Positions 26,300 through 37,900 of a stretch of DNA of 64,000 nt are shown piece by piece. A program made the translations under genes and the position numbers. Numbering within the stretch: position 1 is the first letter of the stretch; every line of letters starts with the position of its first letter. The notes under the pieces are model-generated. The model saw only the letters and a list, made by a program, of their open reading frames with translations, ran no database searches and was not told the DNA's origin. The DNA comes from Azolla caroliniana (taxonomy: Eukaryota; Plantae; Polypodiophyta). The stretch covers positions 1,612,001 through 1,676,000 of the forward strand of contig JBHGNT010000008.1 in assembly GCA_043228905.1 (NCBI GenBank), written 5' to 3'.

Positions 26300-29200
26300 T
26301 GTTGAGCGGCAAGCTCAATTGGAGCCGGATCGGTTGAATAAGCCTGAGCCGGTGAGCGAGACGGATTAGTGAGCCGGTGAGCACCCATTGAGCAAAAGAG
26401 TCGGTGAGCTGGGGAGCCGATTAGTCGGATCCATCAGTAACCGGAAGCCTAGTAGTAGCTAGACTACTGGGGAGTTAATACTCTCGTAGTTAGTGTCAGA
26501 CGCTCGAGTGAGCATTGAAGTACACTATACTTCTGTCAGTCCGTATGGACTTGTATAAAAGTGTTCGCTCAACACATACTATGTACAGAGTGTTGATATA
26601 ATTTTTGAATAGTGATTCTTGTTCTGCTCTCTCTGTCTCTCCCACGTACTGTTAAGCTCTCCATTAAACTTGTTCTCTGTTTTCTGTTTTCTATTGCTTC
26701 TGCACGCTATTTGTTTTTACATGGTATCAAAGCGCGAGGGTTGAGAACCTCTGCAACCGACATTCGCTTTTGCAAGAAGAAAACCTAACCTTTGGAAAAA
26801 AAAAAAAAACAATGGATAGAGGAATGGCTAGAGGAATGGCTAGCTCGCTTCCGGTGGAGAAGCTCGATAGATCTAACTACGCATCTTGGTCATACAAGGT
26901 GCACTAGTACCTGCTTGGGCATGGTTACTGGAGCTATGTCGACGGAGCTAACGACGTAGCACTTGATGCAGCACACAAGGACTTCCCGATGTGGGAACAA
27001 TCGGCAAGCAAAGTGATGTACTGCTTTGCATCCAGTGTCGGAGACCAACTGTTGAGCCACGTCCGAGATGCCAAGACGCCGAAAGAGGCTTGGGGAAACC
27101 TGAAGAAGGTGTTCGCCACAAGCACTACAACCCAGAAGTTGCAACTCCGACAGGAGTTGAGCAATGTCCGACAGAAGGACATGTCGGAGGCTGATTACAT
27201 GGCCCGAATCAAAGAGATCTGTGACTCGCTTGCCTCTATCAATGTCACAGTAGAGGAAGAAGAGATGGTACAGGTTTGTCTTGGGGGCCTGGCGTCTAAG
27301 TTCCGAGCTTTCCGGATAGCTATATGTACAAGGGAGAATACGCCGTCATTTTTCGACTTACAGTCGATGCTCCTTGTAGAGGAGAACCACGCCGGTGCGT
27401 CAACAAGTGCACCCACCGACAGCCGGATGTTGTACACGGAGGCAGATCGGCCTCGTGGGCGTGGTGGATGAGGCGGGTCAGCACACAATGGAGGTGGCCG
27501 GCAAGGGCAAGACCGACGGCACAGAGACCGTGCCGACAACAGTTCCGAGACTTCCACAAGCAGGGGGAGTCAAGGTGGAGCCGAAGGCCGGCAAGGCAAA
27601 TCCGCCATGGAATGTTGGTACTGTGGCAAAAAGGGCCACAGAGAAAGAGAGTGCTGGAAGAAGCGCACCGATTTGGACAGATCTGGATCCGGCAAAACCG
27701 GTCCGGAGAACCGACAAAGCTCGCACTATGCGCAAGGATCAAAAGGGTCCGGAACCAGGAAGACAGGTAAGGGGCCAACCTTGGTGATGAAACACGAGGC
27801 TAACTCGATGAAGAAGACCACTTCCAAATCGGAGGAAGTGTGGTACGTTGATTCCGGTGCGTCAAATCACATGACGAACCACAAAGAGTGGTTCTCCTTC
27901 TTGGAGAAACTGGAACAACCGGGAGTTGTCGAAACTGGAGACGACACTCCTCACCCAATCGTGCATGTCATAGAAGTTCCCCTGAGCCACATCGGACAGA
28001 GGGGGAAGCTGATGAATGTATTACACATTCCGACTATCACGAAGAACCTAGTGTCAGTCGGATAGCATATGTGCAAAAGAGGTATAAGTATTATAACCCA
28101 CGGACGAAGCAGGTCCAAGTTAGCCGCGATGTTGAGTTTGATGAGACGACATCATGGTATGCCTTACCCTAAACCCAGACCCGATACCGGAGGATGAGGC
28201 TAGTGAGCCTAAACCGGTCCAGATGGAAGATGATGAATCCGGGACTCAAGAAGAGAGTTCGGAATCGTTTCGGTTGAGTAGGCCAGTCGAATGAGGAACT
28301 AGCGAGTAATGAAGACTCTACCGTGCTCTCCCCATGCAAGGAACCGAGGATACGGTTCACGCACAAAGAGAAGGGGAAGAAGAAGATGTTGGATTATGAA
28401 ACCGGTAATGATGAGTCGGATCAGAGCAGATCCGACTCCAGAAAGGAAAATGACGGTTCTTCAACACCGAAGACCGAACCGGCCAAGAAGGGCCTCAAAC
28501 CGAGTAATGGTGGGTTATGCCGGTCAACCCGCCAGAAGGAACCTGTTAAGCGGTACGGGTACAATGAGTACATGGCGCATCACTATGCGTACATGACCAA
28601 GGTGGCGGAAGTGTGTGCGCCGGAGAGCTACGCAGAAGCGGCAAAGGACGCACATTGGCGTGCCGCTATGGAAGAAGAGATGCGGGCACTTGATGCCAAC
28701 GATACATAGGACCTGGTTGACCCTCCCCATCACAGTAAACCGATCGGATGCAAGTGGGTGTACAAGGTAAAGTACAACGCCGACGGTTCGGTTAACCGGT
28801 ACAAGGCCCGGTTAGTGGCGAAGGGATACGCACAGACCCACGGAATCGACTATGACGAGACCTTCGTTCCAGTAGTGAAGATGACGACGGTTCGTGTGGT
28901 TCTGGTAGTTGTTGTGGCAAGGGGGTGGCATCTTCACCAGATGGATGTGAAGAATGCATTTCTTCAAGGAGATCTTGAAGAAGAGGTCTTTATGATACAA
29001 CCCCCCAGTTTCCAGACGGAGATGAACAAGTCGGCGGTATGCCAACTGAAGAAGTCACTTTATGGCCTAAAGCAAGCCCCCCGAGCTTGGAATGCGAAGA
29101 TCACACACCGGTTGCATAAGATGGGGTTTGCGGCCTCCAAGTCCAACTCTTCGTTGTTCATCTGGCAAGGCCCGGACGGTCCGGTTTGCATCTTGTTGTA

Positions 29201-31155
29201 TGTTGATGATCTGGTCATCACCGGACCTAGACTCGATGAAATCAGCCGAGTCAAGTCCCAGTTGTCGGATGCGTTTGAGATGAAGGACCTGGGGGACCTT
29301 CATTATTTTCTTGGGATCGAGGTGAGCCGGACCCCCGACAACATAATGCTCTCACAAAGGCACTATGTGTTGAATATGCTGTACAAGTTCGGCATGACAG
29401 AATGCCGACCTGTCTCTACACCCTTGGACCGGAACTAGAAGCTCTGTCCCAACTCTGGACTGGCTTGCGATGAGAAACGGTTCCGAAAAATTGTCGGAAG
29501 CCTTATATATTTGACCATCACCCGACCTGACATAAGCTATCCGGTCGGTGTGATTAGCCAATTCACGTAGAAGCAAACTGTAGAGCATCTTCAGTGCGTG
29601 CACCGAATACTACGGTATGTGAGCGGCACGAAGGACCGGGGACTGTTATACCGGCGAGGTATAACCGAAGAGTTGGTCAATTACATAGATGCCGACTGGG
29701 CCGGCGATGCATCAGATCGCTGATCAACCTCCGGTTATATGTTTTCCCTAGGTAGCGCGGCTGTTGCGTGGAGCAGCAAAAAGCAGCCAACAGTTACTCT
29801 ATTGAGCACTGAGGCTGAGTATCGGGGCGCTACCGTTGCCACCTATGAAGCCATTTGGCTTCGGCGACTGCTGCAAGACCTACGGATCGAGGTACCAACC
29901 CCGATTCTGATCTACTGCGACAACATAAGTAGCATGCAGCTCGCCAAGAACCCCGTATTCCATGCTAGCACAAAAGCACATAGAAGTGCACTATCACTTC
30001 ATGCGTGAGCATGTCCTGAGCGATGAGGTCGAACTTTGGTATGTTCACACGGATCGGCAAGTTGCCGACATCTTCACCAAATCACTCGGATTGGACAAGT
30101 TGCAGCACTTCACCAAAATGCTCGGTGTTTAGCATCTCAACGTGCCACACTTGAGGGGGAGAATGGGCAAAAACACTGGAACGGGCAAAGGCAAAGAGAC
30201 TGCCAAATGCACCGGTGAGGGAAGAACCGATACAGGGAGAGACAAGAAGAAGAAAGGAGCCGAGTCGACAAAGGAAGTCAACACATCCAAACAAGTCAGA
30301 ACAAGTGGCAGCGGCAACAGAGTCAAGAAGGACAGAGCCGACCGAAGGAAGAAGGCCAAGACCCGGACATGGTCCGATGTGGTGAAGGGTCTCGAATCGG
30401 GAGCGACCGATTTGGACAAGAGCTGGAATGAATCGGAGACAGTCGATTCGGTTCAACAGACAGATTTGGAAGGACTGGATCAATTCAAGGCCAGGAGGAC
30501 GAGAAGGCAGCGAAAGTCAATGCCAACACGAAGGAATCAGCGAACCTGCAGACGCCGAAGTCACAACAATGAGGGAGCTGAATTGGGCATGTTGAACAGA
30601 CAAGCCGACCGAGGAGGTCAAGGTGCGCAGAACAAGAGGGGTCACGGCAAACAGAACCGGACCGGACGAGGAGCGCGAGCAAGGCGGAGTGACGCCAGAA
30701 GGAGCCAGGCAGAAGGACCGGTTGCCACAAACGTTGACACTACGACCGGACCTCAAGTTGAGCTTGAGGGGGAGTGTTGACCGGCAAGCTCAATTGGAGC
30801 CTGATCGGCTGAATAAGCCTGAGCCGGTGAGCACCCGGTGAGCAAAAGAGCCGGTGAGCCGGATCCATCAGTAACCGGAAGCCTAGTAGCAGCTAGACTA
30901 CTAGGGAGTTAATACTCTCGTAGTTAGTGTCAGACGCTCGAGTGAGCATTGAAGTACACCGTACTTCTGTCAGTCCATATGGACTTGTAGAAAAGTGTTT
31001 GCCGAACACATACTATGTACAGAGTGTTGATATAATTTTTGAATAGTGATTTTTGTTCTGCTCTCTCTGTCTCTCCCGCCTACTATTAAGCTCTCCATTA
31101 AACCTATTCTCTGTTTTATGTTTTCTATTGCTTCTGCACGCAATTTGTTTTTACA
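26300..31155 (+). mobile_element. Ty1/copia LTR retrotransposon with integrase deleted
   Basis: LTRs 26300-26721 and 30775-31155, TSD GACAA, PBS TGGTATCAAAGC at 26722, PPT. Has gag (CWYCGKKGHRERECW), protease (WYVDSGAS), RT (LLYVDD) and RNase H. Compared with the 46618 copy, the integrase is lost at ~28063-28075. Confidence 0.96.
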
Positions 31156-31397
31156 GACAAAAACCTCTCCCACTCCACCAATGCATTCCCTTGGGCATTG
31201 ATTAACTCAGCCCATTTGAAACCTGTTTTTTGGCCTATCATCAGCCCATCCATATCTCTAATCAATGGGTTCCATACAATTGGCATGTACATCTGTGTAT
31301 ATGCATCATTTCTCCACCTACATGTGATCCCCTTTCTGATTTCTTGCCATGCTTTCATAATTCCAATAGCACAACAACTCTGCATACTTCCCCAATA

Positions 31398-31525
31398 TTT
31401 AGCATACCCTTTTTAGGATGCATGTACCTAAGCCTACCCACCCTTTTAGCACACCCTTTTTAGGATGCATGTACCTATGCCAACCCACCCTTTTAGCACA
31501 CCCATTTTAGCTAAGCCAACCCAAA
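31398..31525. repeat. Short tandem array (~47-bp unit, ~2.5 copies) that served as the L1 target site
   Basis: Repeated tttagcacaccctttttaggatgcatgtacct..cccaccc. Confidence 0.8.
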
Positions 31526-32413
31526 TAGGTACCTTTGTATCAACTATAAATTGAGTAAGAAGTAAGGAGTTAAGTAGGCTGGTTTTGATCTCTTATGTGC
31601 ATTTCACATTATTATAATTATAATTATTCAATGGTTGACCTTGGTGCACACACTAAAAGGAGAATATGATGCTATCAAGGGTGATTCAGATGTATTCTTT
31701 CAAAAGAAAGAGGTTTTTAAGAAGAGATGGGAAAGGATTAATGTGTTCTGCATGGTTAATTGTTGTATATGTTGGAGGTATCAACCACCTCTCTAGGTAT
31801 TTCCTCCACCGATATGAGGCTTGTGGCTATGTATAACTGTTCTCGGTACTGTCTTGGGAGTTATGCATGTCAATGGCAATCTATAAGAAGTTCAAAAGAA
31901 AGAAATAACTGAGATTTTGTGCAATCTCAAGGCTTGGGCCACGAAGAAAGACCTTCGAGACTTATTTTCTAGTTTATTGAAAGCATGGAGCAACATGGTA
32001 GATATATAGAAAGGGAACAAATTTTTCTGTTTCATCAAAAACATGTTCGCGTTCACAAAGGATTGCACATTCCACTTGTAGAATCTTCTTGAAACTATCC
32101 AAATATACCCTCTCTACAAAAATTGGATGCACTAGTATCACATGTTCCACAACTTGATTATAATTTGCAAATATAAAAATACATGATAGGTCTACGAGTG
32201 GAGATCATTAGAAATCATGCAAGTTTGGACGTGTTGATAAGTTAATGTAGGCATAATAAAGTTCAACAATGGCTCAATATGTCACTAATGTGCGACATGG
32301 GAAACACTAAGTTAAAGACTTATATTAATTTGGTAAGTTTTACAAAAATATGAGGTGTACTTGTAAACATACTAATAAAATGAGTTATAATTTATACTTT
32401 GACCCATACTTAC

Positions 32414-32689
32414 ATGTATATAATTGTGGACAATGTAGGATAGTGCACTTTAGGATAATGTGATTGGAATAACTAACTTATTAAAGTATTTAATACTTGT
32501 ATTTAAAGTTGATCTAATCTATTCCTTAGTTTGTTCGTATGGGATCAAACCATATGTATATAATTGTGGACAATGTAAGACAGTGAACTTTAGGATAATG
32601 TGGTGGAAATAACAAACCTATTAAGGCTTTCATACTTGTATTTAAAATTGATCTAATCTATTGCTTAGGTGATTCACACGGGATCAAAC
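32414..32689. repeat. Diverged 140-bp tandem duplication
   Basis: atgtatataattgtggacaatgta starts at 32414 and 32554; both units end in gggatcaaac. Confidence 0.85.
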
Positions 32690-33117
32690 TCCGAACGATA
32701 ACGCTAGTGGAACTACAAGCGTATAAAAACATGCGGATAATGCTAGTGGAACCATTATTAACACACTACACAATCTAAGCAACAATGCAAGAGAAACATA
32801 ATAGTTTTAACAATAGAAGACAAAGATCCATAATAACAACATAGACAGTCATGGAAACAATTCTACGACCATGTTATGTTAAGGTAAACTTTGACCAAAA
32901 TCAGCCTCAATTTAAACTAATTCATGTTTCTCCATAAATTTGGTGGTCAGCAATGCATACGGAGAAACCAATGTCACAAGTCTACTAACCAAGTATATAA
33001 AAATAAAATTGAAACATATAGAAGATTATAAAGAATAGAATCCACCAAGTAAAACCCAAAATTTGTATTAATAATGTGAAATCCAAACGATACATTTCGC
33101 GTTTTTAAAAGAGTCTA

Positions 33118-34408
33118 TTACATAGCAATCAAATCGTCAATGTCATTTTCTTCATCATCCTGTATAGAAGTCTCTTCGGCTATACGTGCATTGGCTTCCC
33201 CTATTAGCCGAGCCAACGAAATATCTTCTATAAGCTCATCATCAAGCTCGATTAGCTCCCTCGGTTCCCTGGCCAACGAAGGAATAGGCTCTCGCGAAGC
33301 AAGTTGAAACCTTTCAGTATCAGCGAGGTTCTTTGCACCGACCTCCTCGTCCTGGTCTGGGCACTCCCACAAAGCCTTAATCCTCATGTTTATAAATATA
33401 ACCTGCTCCTCGTCTTTCTCCAATGCAACTGTGTTTCTAAAGAGCTTCAATGCACATGCGGACGTCGTTCTTGTGAAGAAAGTAACAAGAAGAATTAGTT
33501 CTCAAACAAAAAAGATTCAGTATTGGTTATCTCAAGATTGTTACCCTAGTTCGAGGATACCTGTGCTAGAAAAGAGGTCTAATATCCAGTCTCCTTCGAC
33601 AGAAAACATCTCGATCAAGCGCATCATAAGTCGTTGAGGTTTTTGGTATGGGTTGACAAGTCCTCGTTCTGTCGTGGTGACATGTTGCAATTTCCGTGTC
33701 ACTACTGGATATACCAACAGATTTGAACCTCCCACTTCATTAGAATGCTCCTTGATTCTTTGTTTCTTAATTTCATCGAAGTAGCCAACCGTGATGTATT
33801 CAATGGCATTAACGAACCGAAAGGTTGACCCTCTATTTACATTGGTTTTTATCCTATAACAAATATTACATCGAGTTAAGAATAGATTGAACAATCTTAA
33901 GAAAGGAAATATAGTGAATGAGACATATAAATAATCCTTACCATGCAAGGTTCTCGATGCCATGGCAATGAGATCTCAAAGCTTGAGCTACCGAGTACCC
34001 TTGGTCCATACTATGAAAGACAACTATTCTCCACAAGGATGCAGTCGTTAGCTCAGCAAAATCCTTGACCATCTTCTCCAACTGTTTAAACCTAAACGGT
34101 TCATCGTTGTATGATGACCCTGCCATTCGAAATCCGTAAGGAATATCCGCAATCATTAGCGTATATTCCTTCTTTGGCACTTTTTGGATCATGTCAACGA
34201 CATCGCCGCAAACCACATTGTAGTAAAGATCTCTCGTAATATCTTTTTTGTGGCTAAATTTTTTGAAGGAGCCATCTTCCTCCATTTCGTACGCCTTGAC
34301 TAAGCGATGATCCTTTTCTTTTTTGGCTCTCTCAAGATGTGCAAGGAAGGATGTCGGGAAATCGTGTATATCCTTAACTTGTCCTTGTTTTTTGCCACGA
34401 CACGGTTT
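33118..34408 (-). pseudogene. Spliced beta-class N6-adenine/N4-cytosine DNA methyltransferase (N6_N4_Mtase-like), 5'-truncated
   Basis: Exons 34408-33942, 33853-33561 and 33470-33118 join to 370 aa without stops. Motifs in beta order: VVCGDVVDMI, LMIADIPYG (IV), LAWIK, EYI, NPYQKPQRLMMRLIEMFSVEGDWILDLFSSTGTTSACALKLFRNTVALEKD (X-I-II). Intron 1 is GT-AG (88 nt); intron 2 is GT..AA (90 nt, acceptor mutated). Confidence 0.88.
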
Positions 34409-34932
34409 CTAATAGAAGCAATAGGACACGAATTGCCCGACGCCATATTCCGTCCGAGCCTTTGTGGTAGAGGATGTCGGAAACGAGACAAAAGTTTTGG
34501 CTTTGTACTACGAGTCGTTTTCGCACATCGAGGGGCATGTGGTCGGGAGGTAGGCCAGTACTAAGGAAATGGGTCATCTCCGTGATCCCTTCATCTTCTT
34601 TGTCATCTAGCAGCATTGTGAGATTAAATAGGCCGGCATCGGGTAAATCGTCATACGTGGACTCGATAAGGTCCCTTGACTTGAGGCGGCTTAGGTAGTC
34701 AGCGACGGCGTGTTGGACTCCGGGTCGATGTTGTATATGAAAATCAAACTCTTGTAACAAGAGCATCCATCGAGCCAGTCAACCTGTCAGGGCTTGTTTA
34801 TTGACAAGGTAAAGGAGGGTTGAGTGATCGATGTGAAATGTGAATTTTCGGCCTAAGAGGTAATGCCGAAATTTACTGATGTTGTAGATCATACCGACAA
34901 CCTCTCATTCGGTGGTTGAATAGTTCTTTTCT

Positions 34933-37900
34933 GCCACAATCGAGTCTAGGAACAAACACAGAAAAATGAGTAATGCACGCACGACACAGTAAGCAGAAGA
35001 GTACATAGGATGTTTATGTGGAAAACCCAAACACGGGAAAAACCACGGCAGTCCACAGACTGCAAACTATCACTATGATACAATATACAGTAGATGAACA
35101 CAGAGGCAACGACCTCTTGTTCACTTTCTTCGCCACAAGCGGCAGTTACAACAGAGAAAACGTCCTCTTCGTCTCTCACTCTCTCTCTCTCTCTCTCTCT
35201 CACTCTCACTCTCACTCTCTCTGTGCACGGTTGCACTCAAATCTTGCACCAACAAGAATGACGACCTCTTCACTAAGTTTTCCCTAAGTCATATTTATAC
35301 TAATATGACTTTTCGGCTATTTACAAATATAGCCCCAATGGACTCTCAGAAACATATTTACGAATATGTCCCTTCATCCGGTGAGCACTTCTCACCGGGT
35401 CTTCATCATCCGGCTCTTGCCGGGCACTCGTCATCCGGTTCTCACCGGGTCTTCACCATCCAGCTCTTGTCGGGCACTCGTCATCCAGTTCTCACTGAGT
35501 CTTCCATTGCCGGGTACTCCACATCCGGTTCTTACCGGGTCTTCCGTTGTCGGGTACTCCTATCCCATCCGAAGGGATCTGTTTCCTAACAAACTCCCCC
35601 TTCACTCCGGCATGGGATGTCTTATTAGTCCGATCCGCTTCCAACATGCATCCAGCTTGTCGGGTATCAGTACTTTGGTTAGCATATCTAACTTGTTCTC
35701 GGCCGTGTGGATCTTTGTCAGCGCAAACTCTTGATCTTCTACTCACTCCCAGATCCAGTGATACCTACATTGGATGTGCTTCGTCCTGGAATGGTACGTT
35801 GCGTTCTTAGCAAGGTGGATGACACTTTGACTGTCGCAATAGAGCCGGTATTCATCTTGCCGGGTACCGAGCTCTCCGATGAAGTCCTTCATCCATAATA
35901 TTTCCTTGCCGGCTTCAACAGCCGCCATGTACTCCGCCTCCGTGGTTGATAACGCAACCGTCCTCTATAGCCTCAACTGCCACGAAACAACTCCCCCTGC
36001 ATATGTCATTACATACCCGGATGTAGACCGGCTGGTATCCACATCAACCGACATGTCTGAATCGGTAAAACCGTCAAGTTGAGGTTTACCGGAGCCGAAT
36101 CGGAGACACATATTCGAAGTGCCCTTCAAGGACCGGAGTATCAATTTGACCGCGTTCCAGTGCTCCTTGCCGGGATTGCTCATAAACCGGCTCACCACTC
36201 CGACTGCGTATCCAATATCCGGTCGAGTACACACCATTGTGTACATTAAGCTCCTGACAGCAGAGGCATATAGCACCTTCATCATATCCACCTTCTCTGC
36301 TTTCATCTTTGGGCTTTGCTTACCAAATAATCTGCAGTTTGTCGGAAGTGTCGATCCGACCGGTTTCGCGTCTGACATGTTGAACCGCTGAAGCACCTTT
36401 GTCACGTATTTCTCCTGTGATAGCCACAATTGCTTCTTTGACCGGTCCCGGATGATGTGTATCCCCAGTATCTATCTTGCCGGACCCAAGTCTTTCATTG
36501 AGAAAGTTCGGTTTAGAGCCTTCTTCAGCATCCGTATTTTGGCTTGGTCCCGTCCGACAATCAACATGTCATCCACGTACAGAAGGAGTATCAAGAAGTT
36601 GCCTCCTTCGAACTTCTTCACAAACACGCAGTGATCGGCCTGTGTCTTGTGGTACCCTTGATCGGCCATGAAGGAGTCGAACTTCCGGTACCATTGTCGG
36701 GGAGCCTGCTTCAGTCCGTATAGGCTCTTCTTCAACCGGAAAACCAGGTGCTCCTTCCCTTTCTCCACGAATCCTTCCGGTTGCTGCATGTAGATCTCCT
36801 CTTTGACGTCACCGTGACGGAATGTCGCCTTCACGTCCAGCTGCTCTACCTCGAGGTCCATGCTTGCCACTATAGTCAGCACCGTCCGGATGGAGTTCAT
36901 CTTCACTACCGGGGCAAATATCTCGTCCAATTCCACGTCCTTCTTCTGTTGGAACCCCTTCACCACGATCTTGGCTTTGTATCTCGGGGGGTTGCCGGCA
37001 TCTCCCAATTTCAACTTGTACACCCACTTATTTCGGAGTGCCCGCTTTTCTTTCGGCAACTCCACCAATTCGTGCGTATGGTTCTCATGCAGGGAATCCA
37101 TCTCATCCTGCATGGCACTTAACCATTTGCGGCTGTGGGTGTCATCCTTCGCTTCTTCGAAGCTTTCCGGCTCTCCCTCACCGGTCAGCAGCACATGCTC
37201 TACATCCAGAAATCTCCGGGGGGCCCTTCTCTCTCTGAGAGGATATCTCCGTCTTTGGCCTTCGGCAACAAGCTCCACTATTTGATCTTCATCTGAATCC
37301 GATTCGGGGTTTTGACCGGTTCCGATTTCAGCTTCCTCTACTTCTTCTTCTCCCGGTTCGGTATGCTCACCGTAACCGGCTGGTTCCTCGAGTGTTAACC
37401 GGCTCTTAGCCGGGTGTGTCCGAATCTCATCGGAGTTCATTATCTTCTTCTCTGACTCCCAGTCGGAAAGATTATTGTCCTCCATGAAGATAATATCTCG
37501 ACTCCGGAATACTTTCTCGTCGAACTAATCGTCGCCGTAACCGAGGAATATGCATGGCCGGGTCTTCGGATCTAACTTTCCTCTCCGGTCCTTAGCTACA
37601 TGCACGTACGCAAGACACCCGAATACCTTCAGATGCCGGTAGGACACTTCCTTACCGGTTCAAACTCTCTGTGGCGTGTCTCCGTCCAAGGGTACTGAGG
37701 GTGATCTGTTTATCACATATGTCGCCGTCGACAGTGCCTCAGCCCAAAACTTCTTGGGTAATTTTGCATGCGCCAACATACTCCGGACCCTCTCCATTAT
37801 GGTCCGATTCATCCTCTCGGCCAGCCTATTTAGTTCCGGCATCTTCGGCACGGTAAATTCGAGCCGGATTCCCTTCGAGCGATAGTACTCCTCGAACTAC

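Larger units (their letters stand above)
24178..31397 (-). mobile_element. 5'-truncated L1-type LINE (zf-RVT region, 3' UTR, poly-A) containing two later insertions
   Basis: ORF 25244-26299 has RALPVGTW..C..C...ESISHCLWEC and WYIW..RC..VF, and continues across the copia at 31156-31397. Poly-A tail is the T-run at 24178-24186. TSD TTTAGCATACCC at 24166-24177 and 31398-31409. Confidence 0.88.

Noticed and set aside
33118-34408. Bacterial contamination as the source of the methyltransferase
   Set aside because: It has two spliceosomal-type introns and is contiguous with plant retroelements.
34374-34766. Methyltransferase as cargo of, or fusion with, the adjacent gypsy pol
   Set aside because: The gypsy is cut before the integrase zinc finger, no PPT or 3' LTR follows the MTase, the frames differ, and the MTase keeps sense-strand introns. 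A deletion junction is simpler than RNA-mediated capture.
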